Part shown: positions 40,256 through 48,439 of the stretch, in pieces
Position numbering within the stretch: position 1 is the first letter of the stretch
Layout of the letters: the number at the start of each line of letters is the position of its first letter
NCBI GenBank assembly: GCA_033764955.1
Contig: JANRIL010000024.1
Location: 96,001-160,000, forward strand
Reading direction: 5' to 3'
DNA length: 64,000 nucleotides
DNA from: Cyanobacteriota bacterium
GTDB taxonomy: Bacteria; Cyanobacteriota; Cyanobacteriia; Thermostichales; Thermostichaceae
Translations under genes and position numbers: made by a program
Notes under the pieces: model-generated
Database searches by the model: none
What the model was told of the DNA's origin: nothing
Seen by the model: the letters and a program-made list of their open reading frames with translations, nothing else

Positions 40256-41506
40256 GTGGTCTTTCCCTCTTGGCTTCCGCAATTTGGGATGCAAGTTTGG
40301 CTAATGTCGTTGGGGCGCTTGCTCTCTCAGGTAGGAACGGGATTTACTCTGTTTTTCGCCTCCATTTATTTTGTCAACCAGGTGGGGCTGAGTGCCACTC
40401 AGGTGGGGCTGGGACTAGGGCTGATGGCGCTAACCGGCATCCTGGGGCGACTAGCGGGGGGATCCCTATCGGATGGAGCCTGGGGACGTAAGCCCACCCT
40501 TCTGGCCGCCTTGCTAGTGTCGGCGACGGGTGCTTTAGCTTTGGCCTTTGCCCAGAATTTTGTCTGGTTTTTGGTGGCGAATGGAATCGCTGGATTGGGG
40601 CAGGGGTTATATTGGCCACCCGCCGAGGCGATCGTTGCAGACTTGATTACCCGTGAGCAGCGCAACGAAGCTTTTGCCCTCAGCCGATTGGGGGACAACC
40701 TGGGCAACAGCATCGGGGTGGCTTTAGCGGGCTTGCTGGTGGCAGCTACCGGAGCCTTTCGTGCCCTCTTTATCATTGATGCCCTGACTTTTCTGGTTTT
40801 TGCTGGATTGGTGGTGTTTTATATTCGAGAAACTCGGTCAGCGGAATGGCGAAATCAGGGGCTTTTGGCTGGATGGAAAGTAGCGTTTTCCGACCGCTAT
40901 CTGCTGATTTTTGCTGCCGCTAATATTGTCTTCACTACCTATATTTCGCAACTCAGCAGTAGCCTGCCCCTTTATCTCAACAATCAAGTGGGGCTAAGCC
41001 AATGGATCAGTCTTTTGTTTACCCTCCATGGGTTGCTGATTGCCTTGCTGCAACTGCCGGTTGCCCGTTGGCTGAATGGCCTGACTCGCATTGGAGGACT
41101 ACAAATCTCCTTACTGGGCTGGGGCTTAGGATTTGCCGTGATTGGGGGGGCTGGGGTGCAGTCCTATCTGGGGCTGGGGCTAGCGGGGCTGGGTCTGGTG
41201 ATCTTGTCGCTGGCTCTGGTGTTTTACAATCCTTCCGCTTCTTCGCTGGTGGTGGATCTGGCTCCAGAGCATCTGCGGGGGGTTTATCTATCGGTCAACT
41301 CCCTTTGCTGGGCAGTGGGTTATGGCATTGGGCCTGTGATTGGGGGGATGGTTCTGGATTTACCGGATCCCTGGCAGCACAGCTTGTGGCTGATCTGGAT
41401 GGTCAGTACGCTGGGGGTGGCGGCGATCTTGCAGGGGCTAGCTCGCATTTTGCCCAACGGCCTGAGGCTAGGGTTGCCCCCCCTCTCGGAGGGATCTCTT
41501 CCCTAA
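40256..41506 (+). CDS. MFS transporter
   Basis: About 12 TM segments; GSLSD..WGRK motif A; DLAPEHLRG. Confidence 0.9.
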   Translation: MVFPSWLPQFGMQVWLMSLGRLLSQVGTGFTLFFASIYFVNQVGLSATQVGLGLGLMALTGILGRLAGGSLSDGAWGRKPTLLAALLVSATGALALAFAQNFVWFLVANGIAGLGQGLYWPPAEAIVADLITREQRNEAFALSRLGDNLGNSIGVALAGLLVAATGAFRALFIIDALTFLVFAGLVVFYIRETRSAEWRNQGLLAGWKVAFSDRYLLIFAAANIVFTTYISQLSSSLPLYLNNQVGLSQWISLLFTLHGLLIALLQLPVARWLNGLTRIGGLQISLLGWGLGFAVIGGAGVQSYLGLGLAGLGLVILSLALVFYNPSASSLVVDLAPEHLRGVYLSVNSLCWAVGYGIGPVIGGMVLDLPDPWQHSLWLIWMVSTLGVAAILQGLARILPNGLRLGLPPLSEGSLP

Positions 41507-41557
41507 ATGGGACGCCCTGCGATTTGCTATGGTAGGAGCAGCTTTACGAAACTTGAC

Positions 41558-42784
41558 ATGACCCGCATTGGCATTTTGGGAGGGGGGTTTGGCGGACTGT
41601 ATACCGCCCTAGAGCTGGGTCGCTACCTCTGGCCGACACCACCTGAGATTACCTTGGTGGATCGGCAGGAGCGATTTGTTTTTCTGCCCCTGCTCTACGA
41701 AGTAGTGACTGGGGAAATGGAGGATTGGGAAGTGGCTCCCCGTTTTACGGAACTGCTGGCGGCTTCTGCCCAGCCCAATACTCCTATCCGCTTTCGCCAA
41801 GCAGAGGTGGCTCACCTGGATTTAGCTGGGCGGCGAGTCATCTTCCAGGATGGCAACCCTCTTGACTACGATATTTTGGTTGTGGCGCTGGGGGGGGATC
41901 CCCCACTGACACGGGTGGCGGGGGCAGAGCAGTTTGCTTTTCCCTTTCGCCAGCTTGCCGATGCCCAGCGGTTGCGAGCTGCCTTGCCGCAATGGCAGCA
42001 AGGGGATCCCCAAACCCCGATTCGATTGGCGATCACGGGGGCGGGAGCAAGCGGGGTCGAACTGGCCTGCAAACTGGCAGACCGACTGGGGGAACGGGCA
42101 GCGATTCGCCTGATCGAGATGGGATCCCAGATTTTGCCGGGATTTGGCGAAGCCAGTCGGCAAGCCGCCAGCCAAGCCTTACAACAACGGCAGATCCACC
42201 TAGAATTGCAGACGCAAGTACTCTCCATCCAGTCCAACTCGATTCAAACCCAGACTCAATCAGAGACTGGCTATCCGCAGATCCGGCAAGAGGCGGTGGA
42301 TGGCGTGATCTGGACAGCCGGATGGCAGGTGGTGCCCATGATCCGCGATCTGCCTGTTGCCAAAAATGAACGCCAACGGTTGGTGGTGGATGCTACCCTG
42401 CGTCTGCCAGATTATCCAGAGGTGTTTGCGATTGGCGATAGCGCCGCCGTTCAAGATGCCGATGGGAAAATCGTTCCGGCCTCCGCCCAGGCTGCTTTTC
42501 AGCAGGCGGACTACTGCGCCTGGAATGTTTGGGCTACGGCTACCCAATCTCGCCCCCTGTTGCCCTTTCGCTATTATCCGTTGGGAGAAATGTTGAGCCT
42601 GGGTACGGATACAGCCGTCCTGTCGGGGTTGGGACTGACCCTGACCGGATCCCTGGGCTATCTGGCACGGCGAGCCACCTATTTGGCACGAATGCCAACC
42701 TTCGACCATCAACTCAAGGTAGGCTGGCATTGGATGGCTAAACCCCTGCTAACGGAGTGGCAGCGCTGGGTTAGATCCTCCTAA
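41558..42784 (+). CDS. type II NAD(P)H:quinone oxidoreductase family (NdbB/NdbC-like)
   Basis: ILGGGFGGL, FLPLLYE, GAGASGVELA, FAIGD, AQAAFQQA, LGEMLSLG. Confidence 0.9.
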   Translation: MTRIGILGGGFGGLYTALELGRYLWPTPPEITLVDRQERFVFLPLLYEVVTGEMEDWEVAPRFTELLAASAQPNTPIRFRQAEVAHLDLAGRRVIFQDGNPLDYDILVVALGGDPPLTRVAGAEQFAFPFRQLADAQRLRAALPQWQQGDPQTPIRLAITGAGASGVELACKLADRLGERAAIRLIEMGSQILPGFGEASRQAASQALQQRQIHLELQTQVLSIQSNSIQTQTQSETGYPQIRQEAVDGVIWTAGWQVVPMIRDLPVAKNERQRLVVDATLRLPDYPEVFAIGDSAAVQDADGKIVPASAQAAFQQADYCAWNVWATATQSRPLLPFRYYPLGEMLSLGTDTAVLSGLGLTLTGSLGYLARRATYLARMPTFDHQLKVGWHWMAKPLLTEWQRWVRSS

Positions 42785-42930
42785 ATCCTGTATTTTTCCC
42801 TCCTTAAGAAGGGGATCCCTCCCCCTTACCCAATGGTTCAGACGATAGCTCCCCCCAAATCCACCGTTCGTGCCTGCCGAGAAGAGGGCATACTGAGACT
42901 CACATCCCACCGATGGAGAGGTGATAGGCA

Positions 42931-43659
42931 ATGGCTGGCCTTTATCTTTATGGCATTCTTCAGGCTCCTGGCCCCCGCCACTTGAATGTGCAGGGGATTG
43001 ATCGACAGCCTGTACAGGTTCAGGTCTTTGATCCTTTGGTTCTTTTGTATTCCGAGGCTCAACAGGAGCGATATCTGGCCAGCCGTGCCAATCTGCTTGC
43101 CCATGAGTCAGTCTTAGAAAAAGTGATGGCGGAAGGACACCGCGCCCTCCTACCCTTGCAGTTTGGTCTGGTGGCTAGTGATTGGGAGTTGGTGCGCCGC
43201 GATCTGATCGAGCCAAAGCAGGCGGATTTAGTGCGACTCCTTCACCATCTAGAAGGGAAGCGGGAGGTGGGGGTGAAAGTGTTTTGGGATCCCGATCAGG
43301 AGCTGCAACTGGCTCTCAACGAAAACCCTGATCTGAAACGGCAACGGGATGCCATGGCGGGCGCACCCCTAGGTTTGGATGCCGTTGTCAAGATTGGGCG
43401 AGAGCTGGAGCAACTGCTGGAAAATCGCCGCCACCAAATTACGGAAACTTTTGTGGCAATCCTTTCTCCCCTAGCCAGCGACCGCGTGGAGGGGGAACTG
43501 CTTACAGAAAATATGGCCTATAACGGCTCTTTTTTGATCCATTGGGAGGATGAACCGTTATTTGCCCAAAAAGTCGAGGATTTGGATCATCTGTTTCAGG
43601 GGCGGTTACGCATCCGCTACAACAATTTTACGGCTCCCTACAATTTCACCAAATTGTAA
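42931..43659 (+). CDS. GvpL/GvpF family gas vesicle protein
   Basis: LYLYGI, RYLASR.NLL.HE.VLE, LPLQFG, REVGVK, IRYNNFTAPYNF. Confidence 0.9.
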   Translation: MAGLYLYGILQAPGPRHLNVQGIDRQPVQVQVFDPLVLLYSEAQQERYLASRANLLAHESVLEKVMAEGHRALLPLQFGLVASDWELVRRDLIEPKQADLVRLLHHLEGKREVGVKVFWDPDQELQLALNENPDLKRQRDAMAGAPLGLDAVVKIGRELEQLLENRRHQITETFVAILSPLASDRVEGELLTENMAYNGSFLIHWEDEPLFAQKVEDLDHLFQGRLRIRYNNFTAPYNFTKL

Positions 43660-43662
43660 GGG

Positions 43663-44217
43663 ATGGCTGGGTTAAAGATCCTGGCAGTAGGTCTGGCTTT
43701 CCTGATCTTGGCTGGTCTAGGCATTTTGCTTTTGCCTTGGCGGGTAATGCTGCGCTGGCGCAAACCCTGGGGGGGGAATCCGGTGCTATGGTGGCAACTG
43801 ATTTTGCCCGTTTACCTGGGCGTGGTGAGCGGGCAGAGTCGCTGCTGGCGCTATCGATGGGGATCCCATTCCTACCAGGGGATCCTTCCCTCCCCTCAAC
43901 TAGCTCCTCTGATTCGTTTAGTGGGAGGGGATCCCTTAGCGGTTTGGCAGCTCCTTAGGGGCTGGCAGCCCCACCTGCGTCACTGGCAGGGAGAGGGATT
44001 CCTGGAGGCTGGCTTAGGGGATCCCGTGCTGGTGGGGCAGTGGATTGGCCTGATTGCCAGTCTTCCCTTACCCTGGGCAAGACGAATTCATCTCACCTTC
44101 AGCCAAACGGGATGGCGGTCGCGGGGAACCGTGCAGATGGAGGTGCGCCCCCTGCTGTTGTTTCCCGCTGGAATCCTCTTTCTTGGCAAACGCTGGCGAA
44201 AAAACCAACAAGCTTAG
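43663..44217 (+). CDS. hypothetical membrane protein
   Basis: N-terminal TM segment; GLGDPVLVG motif reminiscent of DUF2953; starts 3 bp after the gvp stop. Confidence 0.65.
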   Translation: MAGLKILAVGLAFLILAGLGILLLPWRVMLRWRKPWGGNPVLWWQLILPVYLGVVSGQSRCWRYRWGSHSYQGILPSPQLAPLIRLVGGDPLAVWQLLRGWQPHLRHWQGEGFLEAGLGDPVLVGQWIGLIASLPLPWARRIHLTFSQTGWRSRGTVQMEVRPLLLFPAGILFLGKRWRKNQQA

Positions 44218-44275
44218 GGTTTGGGATCCAGATTCGCAGGTTAAGATATTCCTAACAGACATCGAGGTCAGGATC

Positions 44276-44485
44276 ATGTCTAGCCAAACCCACGCTTCCG
44301 CTCAACCCCTCACTTTTACCGCCGAACAGGTGGCTGAGATTGCAGAACGTCTCGAAAAAGATACCTATGCTTCTTTGTTTGGTTGTCTAGAAGATTGGCA
44401 TGCTCTTAAGTCAGCCGCTTTTCATGCCCCTAATCTGGTTGCTCCCTACATCCATCTTCTAGAATTAGAGATAGACGAGGATTAG
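44276..44485 (+). CDS. DUF2555 family protein
   Basis: VAEIAERLEKD.Y..LF..LEDWH.L...AF..P.LV.PYIHLL; ATG 44276 with GAGG upstream. Confidence 0.8.
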   Translation: MSSQTHASAQPLTFTAEQVAEIAERLEKDTYASLFGCLEDWHALKSAAFHAPNLVAPYIHLLELEIDED

Positions 44486-44545
44486 CATCTATCTGACGGT
44501 AACCCCTCACCTAGCTATACCCATATCAATAAATTCAGGAGAGTC

Positions 44546-44767
44546 ATGCGCCTTAAGTCTCATGAATCCCCTCGCCACCAAGGCAGAAATCGCCGTGGCA
44601 AGGGTGGCACTGCTCGCAAGCGGCAACTGGATAAACGACAACGCGCCCTAGTGCAGCGGTTGAAACCAAACAAGAGTTCTGAGCCAGAATCGGCTTCCCC
44701 CTCTTCATCTCTCCTCAGGCAAGGACACGGATCCCTGCCTTTTTTATGGCTATTGCTGGCGGCGTGA
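44546..44767 (+). CDS. small basic protein; candidate ArfA/BrfA-like alternative ribosome-rescue factor
   Basis: AGGAG SD; 15 K/R in the first 40 aa with RRGKGG; intrinsic terminator inside the ORF; C-terminus LWLLLAA. The CDS is well supported but the function is inferred. Confidence 0.7.
   Translation: MRLKSHESPRHQGRNRRGKGGTARKRQLDKRQRALVQRLKPNKSSEPESASPSSSLLRQGHGSLPFLWLLLAA
44717..44745 (+). terminator. intrinsic terminator inside the coding region of 44546-44767
   Basis: AGGCAAGGA-CACGGA-TCCCTGCCT (8 of 9 pairs) followed by a T-run to 44745; the stop codon is at 44765. Confidence 0.6.
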
Positions 44768-44875
44768 CATTCTGTCGATGCTGATACTTCCCATACAGCG
44801 CAGGACTCATAGCTCCTCGCACCTCTCAAATCTTAAAACCGACTAGGCCGCCCCCCACTACCTCTAGCACTGCTG

Positions 44876-45556
44876 ATGTCTTCTCCTATTTTTTCTATTG
44901 CTTGTGGGTGTGGATTGTTGGTCTTAGGGGGGGTCTTGGTGGGCTTGCCGACTCCCCAGCCGTTGTCTTCTTCCCCTAGTCAGGAAAGTTGGGTCACTTC
45001 GTCATTACCCAGCTCTTCCTCCCGTTGGTCAGAACCTGCCCACCGTGGCATACCTTCTCTTCCCCACCTGGCAAGAAAGGCTCTCTCCCACTACTTCACC
45101 ACCGGCGAGGTCTTGGCGCTACCTCAGCCTGTAGAGGTGGAATGGCAACGGGCAGCGGGGGTATTTGTTACCCTGAGCCACCAGGGCAAAACTCGCGGTT
45201 GCTGGGGATCCCTAACGCCGATTGCCCCCGACTTGGGAACGGCCACAATCCGAGCCGCGATAGCTGCGGCCACCCGCGATGGGCGTTATCCCCCTCTGCA
45301 AGCCAGCGAATTACCTGAGATCTCCATCCAAGTGGCGATTGTGCAAGAGATTCTGCCGATTGCCTCCGTCCACGAGATGGATCCGACGCGGTTTGGCTTG
45401 TGGGTGCGTTCGGGATCCCAGGCGGCGGTGGTGCTGGCGGGAGAAGCCCTCACCCCAGAATGGCAACTGGCTACGGCTCGTCGCTGGGCTGGCATCTCGG
45501 AGTCGGCGGGGGTGGAATTGTTTCGCGTTAAAACCCAGATGCTTTACGAGTTTTAG
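44876..45556 (+). CDS. AMMECR1 domain protein with N-terminal membrane anchor/signal
   Basis: GVFVTL...G.TRGCWG, AAATRDGRYPPL...EL. Confidence 0.85.
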   Translation: MSSPIFSIACGCGLLVLGGVLVGLPTPQPLSSSPSQESWVTSSLPSSSSRWSEPAHRGIPSLPHLARKALSHYFTTGEVLALPQPVEVEWQRAAGVFVTLSHQGKTRGCWGSLTPIAPDLGTATIRAAIAAATRDGRYPPLQASELPEISIQVAIVQEILPIASVHEMDPTRFGLWVRSGSQAAVVLAGEALTPEWQLATARRWAGISESAGVELFRVKTQMLYEF

Positions 45557-45913
45557 GTTGCTTTTATCTTTAGCATTTCTTGCTTACTTTCGTGGTGTTT
45601 TTGGACATCTGTTAGGGGTTCCTTTCTGCTATCCGTGGAGTCACTTACTAAGTCTTGCCGTCGTTAAAGTCCTATTTACTTAACCATCGCTTCTTCCGCT
45701 ACTCAGTCCACGAGGAATCCCCAACCTCCTCGAAGTGTGTTCAAGAATACCTCGACTTCTGTTCTTTATTAAGAATTGCCACGGTCTTTTTTTAAGGGGC
45801 ACTTGAGTCTTATGCTTTGTGAGCAGTTCACAAAAACCCCTAATTTCTTGAGATCATTTTCTAAAGATGGGATCCCTTTTCTGCATAATTAATTACTCAC
45901 TATTTGTTGTTGC

Positions 45914-46080
45914 GATCCCTTATGTGGGTTTTATCGGTTCATCTGTCACCCCTCCCTACCCACTTTTGTTGAGGCGGGGGGCGCTCCTTTCAACGGTGGT
46001 TAGAGGAACTGCCCGCTCATCCCCTCCACCCAACGGATCCGGAAGCTACGATGCTCTGGAACTGCAACTATCCTGAGGAT
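45914..46080 (+). pseudogene. C-terminal fragment of molybdenum cofactor guanylyltransferase MobA, frameshifted
   Basis: DPLCGFYR..CHPSL.TFVEAG, then a frameshift in the G-run near 45976-45981, then GRSFQRWLEEL...MLWNCNYPED. Resembles the cyanobacterial MobA C-terminus (WEPLCGFY, GGRSFQ.WL, NCNTP.D); no N-terminus. Confidence 0.65.
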
Positions 46081-46087
46081 TCTGAAT

Positions 46088-46324
46088 CTCGCCGAACATT
46101 TAGGTCAGGTTGAAGGAGGGATCCCTCATCGGCTTCTAGAACTCATTGTTGCTGATGCTTACCGTTATGGAAAGCTCAACACCGCTGAAGTGGGTCAGCT
46201 CCTTCAATGACTAACTCGTCTTGCAACTCATATATTTTTGAAATGGGTGGGTACTTATCTAAACTATGATGAAACTGAATTCGACCCAGATCTTCAGACT
46301 CTCAAGGAGTTCAGAGCGCAATGA
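46088..46324 (+). pseudogene. UPF0175 family antitoxin-like gene remnant
   Basis: LAEHLGQVEGGIPHRLLELIVADAYRYGKLNTAEVGQLLQ*LTRLATHIFLKWVGTYLNYDETEFDPDLQTLKEFRAQ*; in-frame TGA at 46208 and no start codon. Its stop overlaps (ATGA) a MIIVSDTS start typical of DUF3368 PIN partners. Confidence 0.7.
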
Positions 46325-46347
46325 TTATTGTCTCTGACACCTCCCTC

Positions 46348-47165
46348 TGGATGTCTCGTTCTGGCTCTCCTTGGGGCTATAAAGGGTATGGCAAATGATA
46401 CACGATTTACCAGAGATTCCATAGATGGAGTCGTTTCGGGATTTGGGAAAGGATGTTCAATCACCTCATCAAAGATCTCGATTTAGAACATCTGATCATT
46501 GACTCGACAACGGTTTGCACTCACCCCTGTGCAGCAGGAAAAAAAGGGGAACAAGCTCTAAGAAGAAGCCGAGGTGGATATAGTACAAAGTACCAAGTTC
46601 ATGTAAGTGTGGATGGGATAGAACCCGCTAGTTTTTAGAATCACTGGAGGGGAAAGTTATGATAGTACTCAAGCAGAGGAATTGATAGATGGTTGGCAAG
46701 AGAAAAACACAAAAGTGATAGGAGACAAAGGGTATGATTCCAATAGATTAATTGATCAGGTAGAGGAAATATAGACAGTTATTCCATCTAAAAAGAATAG
46801 GAAGGTAGAGCAAGATTATGACAGATGCCTGATATTAAGGAGAGGCATTTAATCACAAGTGTTGAGTCTTAAGATTTTGAGGATCGCTGGCAAGTTATGC
46901 GTCGGGTCTAAGGATACAGAATTCATCTTGCTATTGACGCTATTCTCAATAAATCGACTTGGATTCCCAGCTCTGCTCCAGGAAATGTAAAGTTTTACCA
47001 TCACGATTCAACACTTCTGGCATTTATATAGAATGCTTTTTTCACAATCTGAAGCCGTATCGACATCTGTTTTCTCACTTTGACAAGTTGGCAAGGAACT
47101 TCTTGAGTTTTCTCTATTTTGTTGGCACTCTCTTATGAATTAAGTAACAGATCAACAAAACCTAG
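46348..47165 (+). mobile_element. degenerate IS5-family (IS427-like) transposase remnant, 5'-truncated
   Basis: RSGSPW...YGK*YTIYQRFHRW...IIDSTTV..HPCAAGKKG...SRGGYSTK; GDKGYDS; VIPSKKNR; ERHLI/ECFF..LKPYRH; stops and frameshifts; ends TCAACAAAACCTAG. Confidence 0.85.
46854..47019. mobile_element. 166-bp MITE / internally deleted IS nested in the IS5 remnant
   Basis: TIRs CACAAGTGTTGAGTC / GATTCAACACTTCTG (13 of 15 match); flanks GCATTTAAT and GCATTTAtAT (about 9-bp TSD); interrupts the ERHLI-ECFF motif. Confidence 0.75.
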
Positions 47166-47191
47166 TCTATCTTAGGGATCCTGATTTATTC

Positions 47192-47545
47192 ATGAAGCAG
47201 CTCCCAAACCACGAACAAGCCGTTATCCCATGTGCCAAGATCACCAAGTACCTTCTTTGCCTTGAGCACCCTGAAGGGGGCAGTAAGGCTCAGTTCTTTT
47301 TGTCATTCGGCTTTACCCTAGAATCCTGGCAAATACTTGATAGAGCCTTACGACAACATGCCCTCGATCATGAAGTGAGTAGAATCGAGCTATCTCAGTA
47401 CGGTATCAAGTATGTCATTGAAGGGAACCTTGACACTCCCGATGGTCGCTCCCCCTTTGTCCGATCCGTTTGGATCATTGACAATGGTGAGGAGAATCCT
47501 CGATTAACCACCGCTTATCCCCTAGACCCACCGGACAACGCATGA
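47192..47545 (+). CDS. DUF6883-like protein (putative toxin-type domain)
   Basis: LPN.EQA.I..AKI..YLL..EHP.G.SKA.FF...GF, YG.KY.IEG.L.TP.GR...VRSVWI......PRL.TAYP. Confidence 0.8.
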   Translation: MKQLPNHEQAVIPCAKITKYLLCLEHPEGGSKAQFFLSFGFTLESWQILDRALRQHALDHEVSRIELSQYGIKYVIEGNLDTPDGRSPFVRSVWIIDNGEENPRLTTAYPLDPPDNA

Positions 47546-48216
47546 TTAAGGAGCTTGATCTCATCGCCCTCTCCACCGATCTTCCCGCCTATGGCCTCAA
47601 ACAGGAAGATCGGGGAACAGTAGTTCATGTCTACAAAGATGGAGCAGCCTACGAAGTAGAGTTTATCAAAGAAGGTAAGACAGTTGCTGTGACTACCCTA
47701 AAGCCAGCTCAAGTCCGACCTTATCATCCAAACCCTAAAGTCCCCACTCCTTCCCACAGAGCCAGCTCACCCAAAACAACGCCCCCATCCACTCCCCCAA
47801 AAAAGCTAACACCCGGACTTAAATTAGTACTCCAGGAACTGATCCGCCGCCAACGCCCCTACTACCTACCCGAAGGATCCCCGATCCGTGGCTTAGATAA
47901 TCAACACTGGATCCTCTTCAACAAGCATCGAGATGCCGATAGTCTGTTCAAGAGGCTTGCTAACTTTCTAAGATTCGGAGATAAACAATCTCAATACAAA
48001 TTTCTACGGATCGATTTCCAAACTGCCACCATTACGGAATATATCCCCCGCCCAAATTATGACCTGCCTTCTCGCACCCTGATCCGCACGGCCAAACTCA
48101 GTACTATTGAGGAGTTTCTCCAGAAAGTCAGCACCACCAAAGAATCTGCACTCCAAGCCAATAGCTTTCTAGGGATCACTGGCAAACGCCGCCCCTCAAC
48201 TTCAGGATCCCGGTAG
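47542..48216 (+). CDS. DUF4926-domain protein with long C-terminal extension
   Basis: MIKELD.I.L..DLP.YGL...DRGTVVHVY.DG.AYEVEF; ATGA-coupled to the upstream gene; Pro/Ser/Thr linker then about 130 aa of unknown domain. Confidence 0.78.
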   Translation: MIKELDLIALSTDLPAYGLKQEDRGTVVHVYKDGAAYEVEFIKEGKTVAVTTLKPAQVRPYHPNPKVPTPSHRASSPKTTPPSTPPKKLTPGLKLVLQELIRRQRPYYLPEGSPIRGLDNQHWILFNKHRDADSLFKRLANFLRFGDKQSQYKFLRIDFQTATITEYIPRPNYDLPSRTLIRTAKLSTIEEFLQKVSTTKESALQANSFLGITGKRRPSTSGSR

Positions 48217-48439
48217 TGCCCTAGAGGTCATGCTAATAAACTCAGCAGGATATTACCCTGATCTTCTGAATGGTTTGACATTGGCCACTAGCACATAGAC
48301 AGGCTGTGTATACTGTCTCTGCCGAGGACTTGCAGCACAACTTCATCGTTAAGGGGTGGGATCCCATCAGCGATTAGCTAATGCATCGGCTAGGCTAGAA
48401 AGCGTTGAGCCGTGATGACAGCGATGAAGGAGGATCCCG

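Noticed and set aside
40022..40294. 91-aa N-terminal extension of Ftn2 in the ORF track
   Set aside because: It overlaps the divergent MFS start; family similarity and an SD support GTG 40021.
45560..45910. AT-rich stretch after the AMMECR1 gene
   Set aside because: Probably more decayed foreign DNA, but I could not recognise any protein or repeat in the frames examined.
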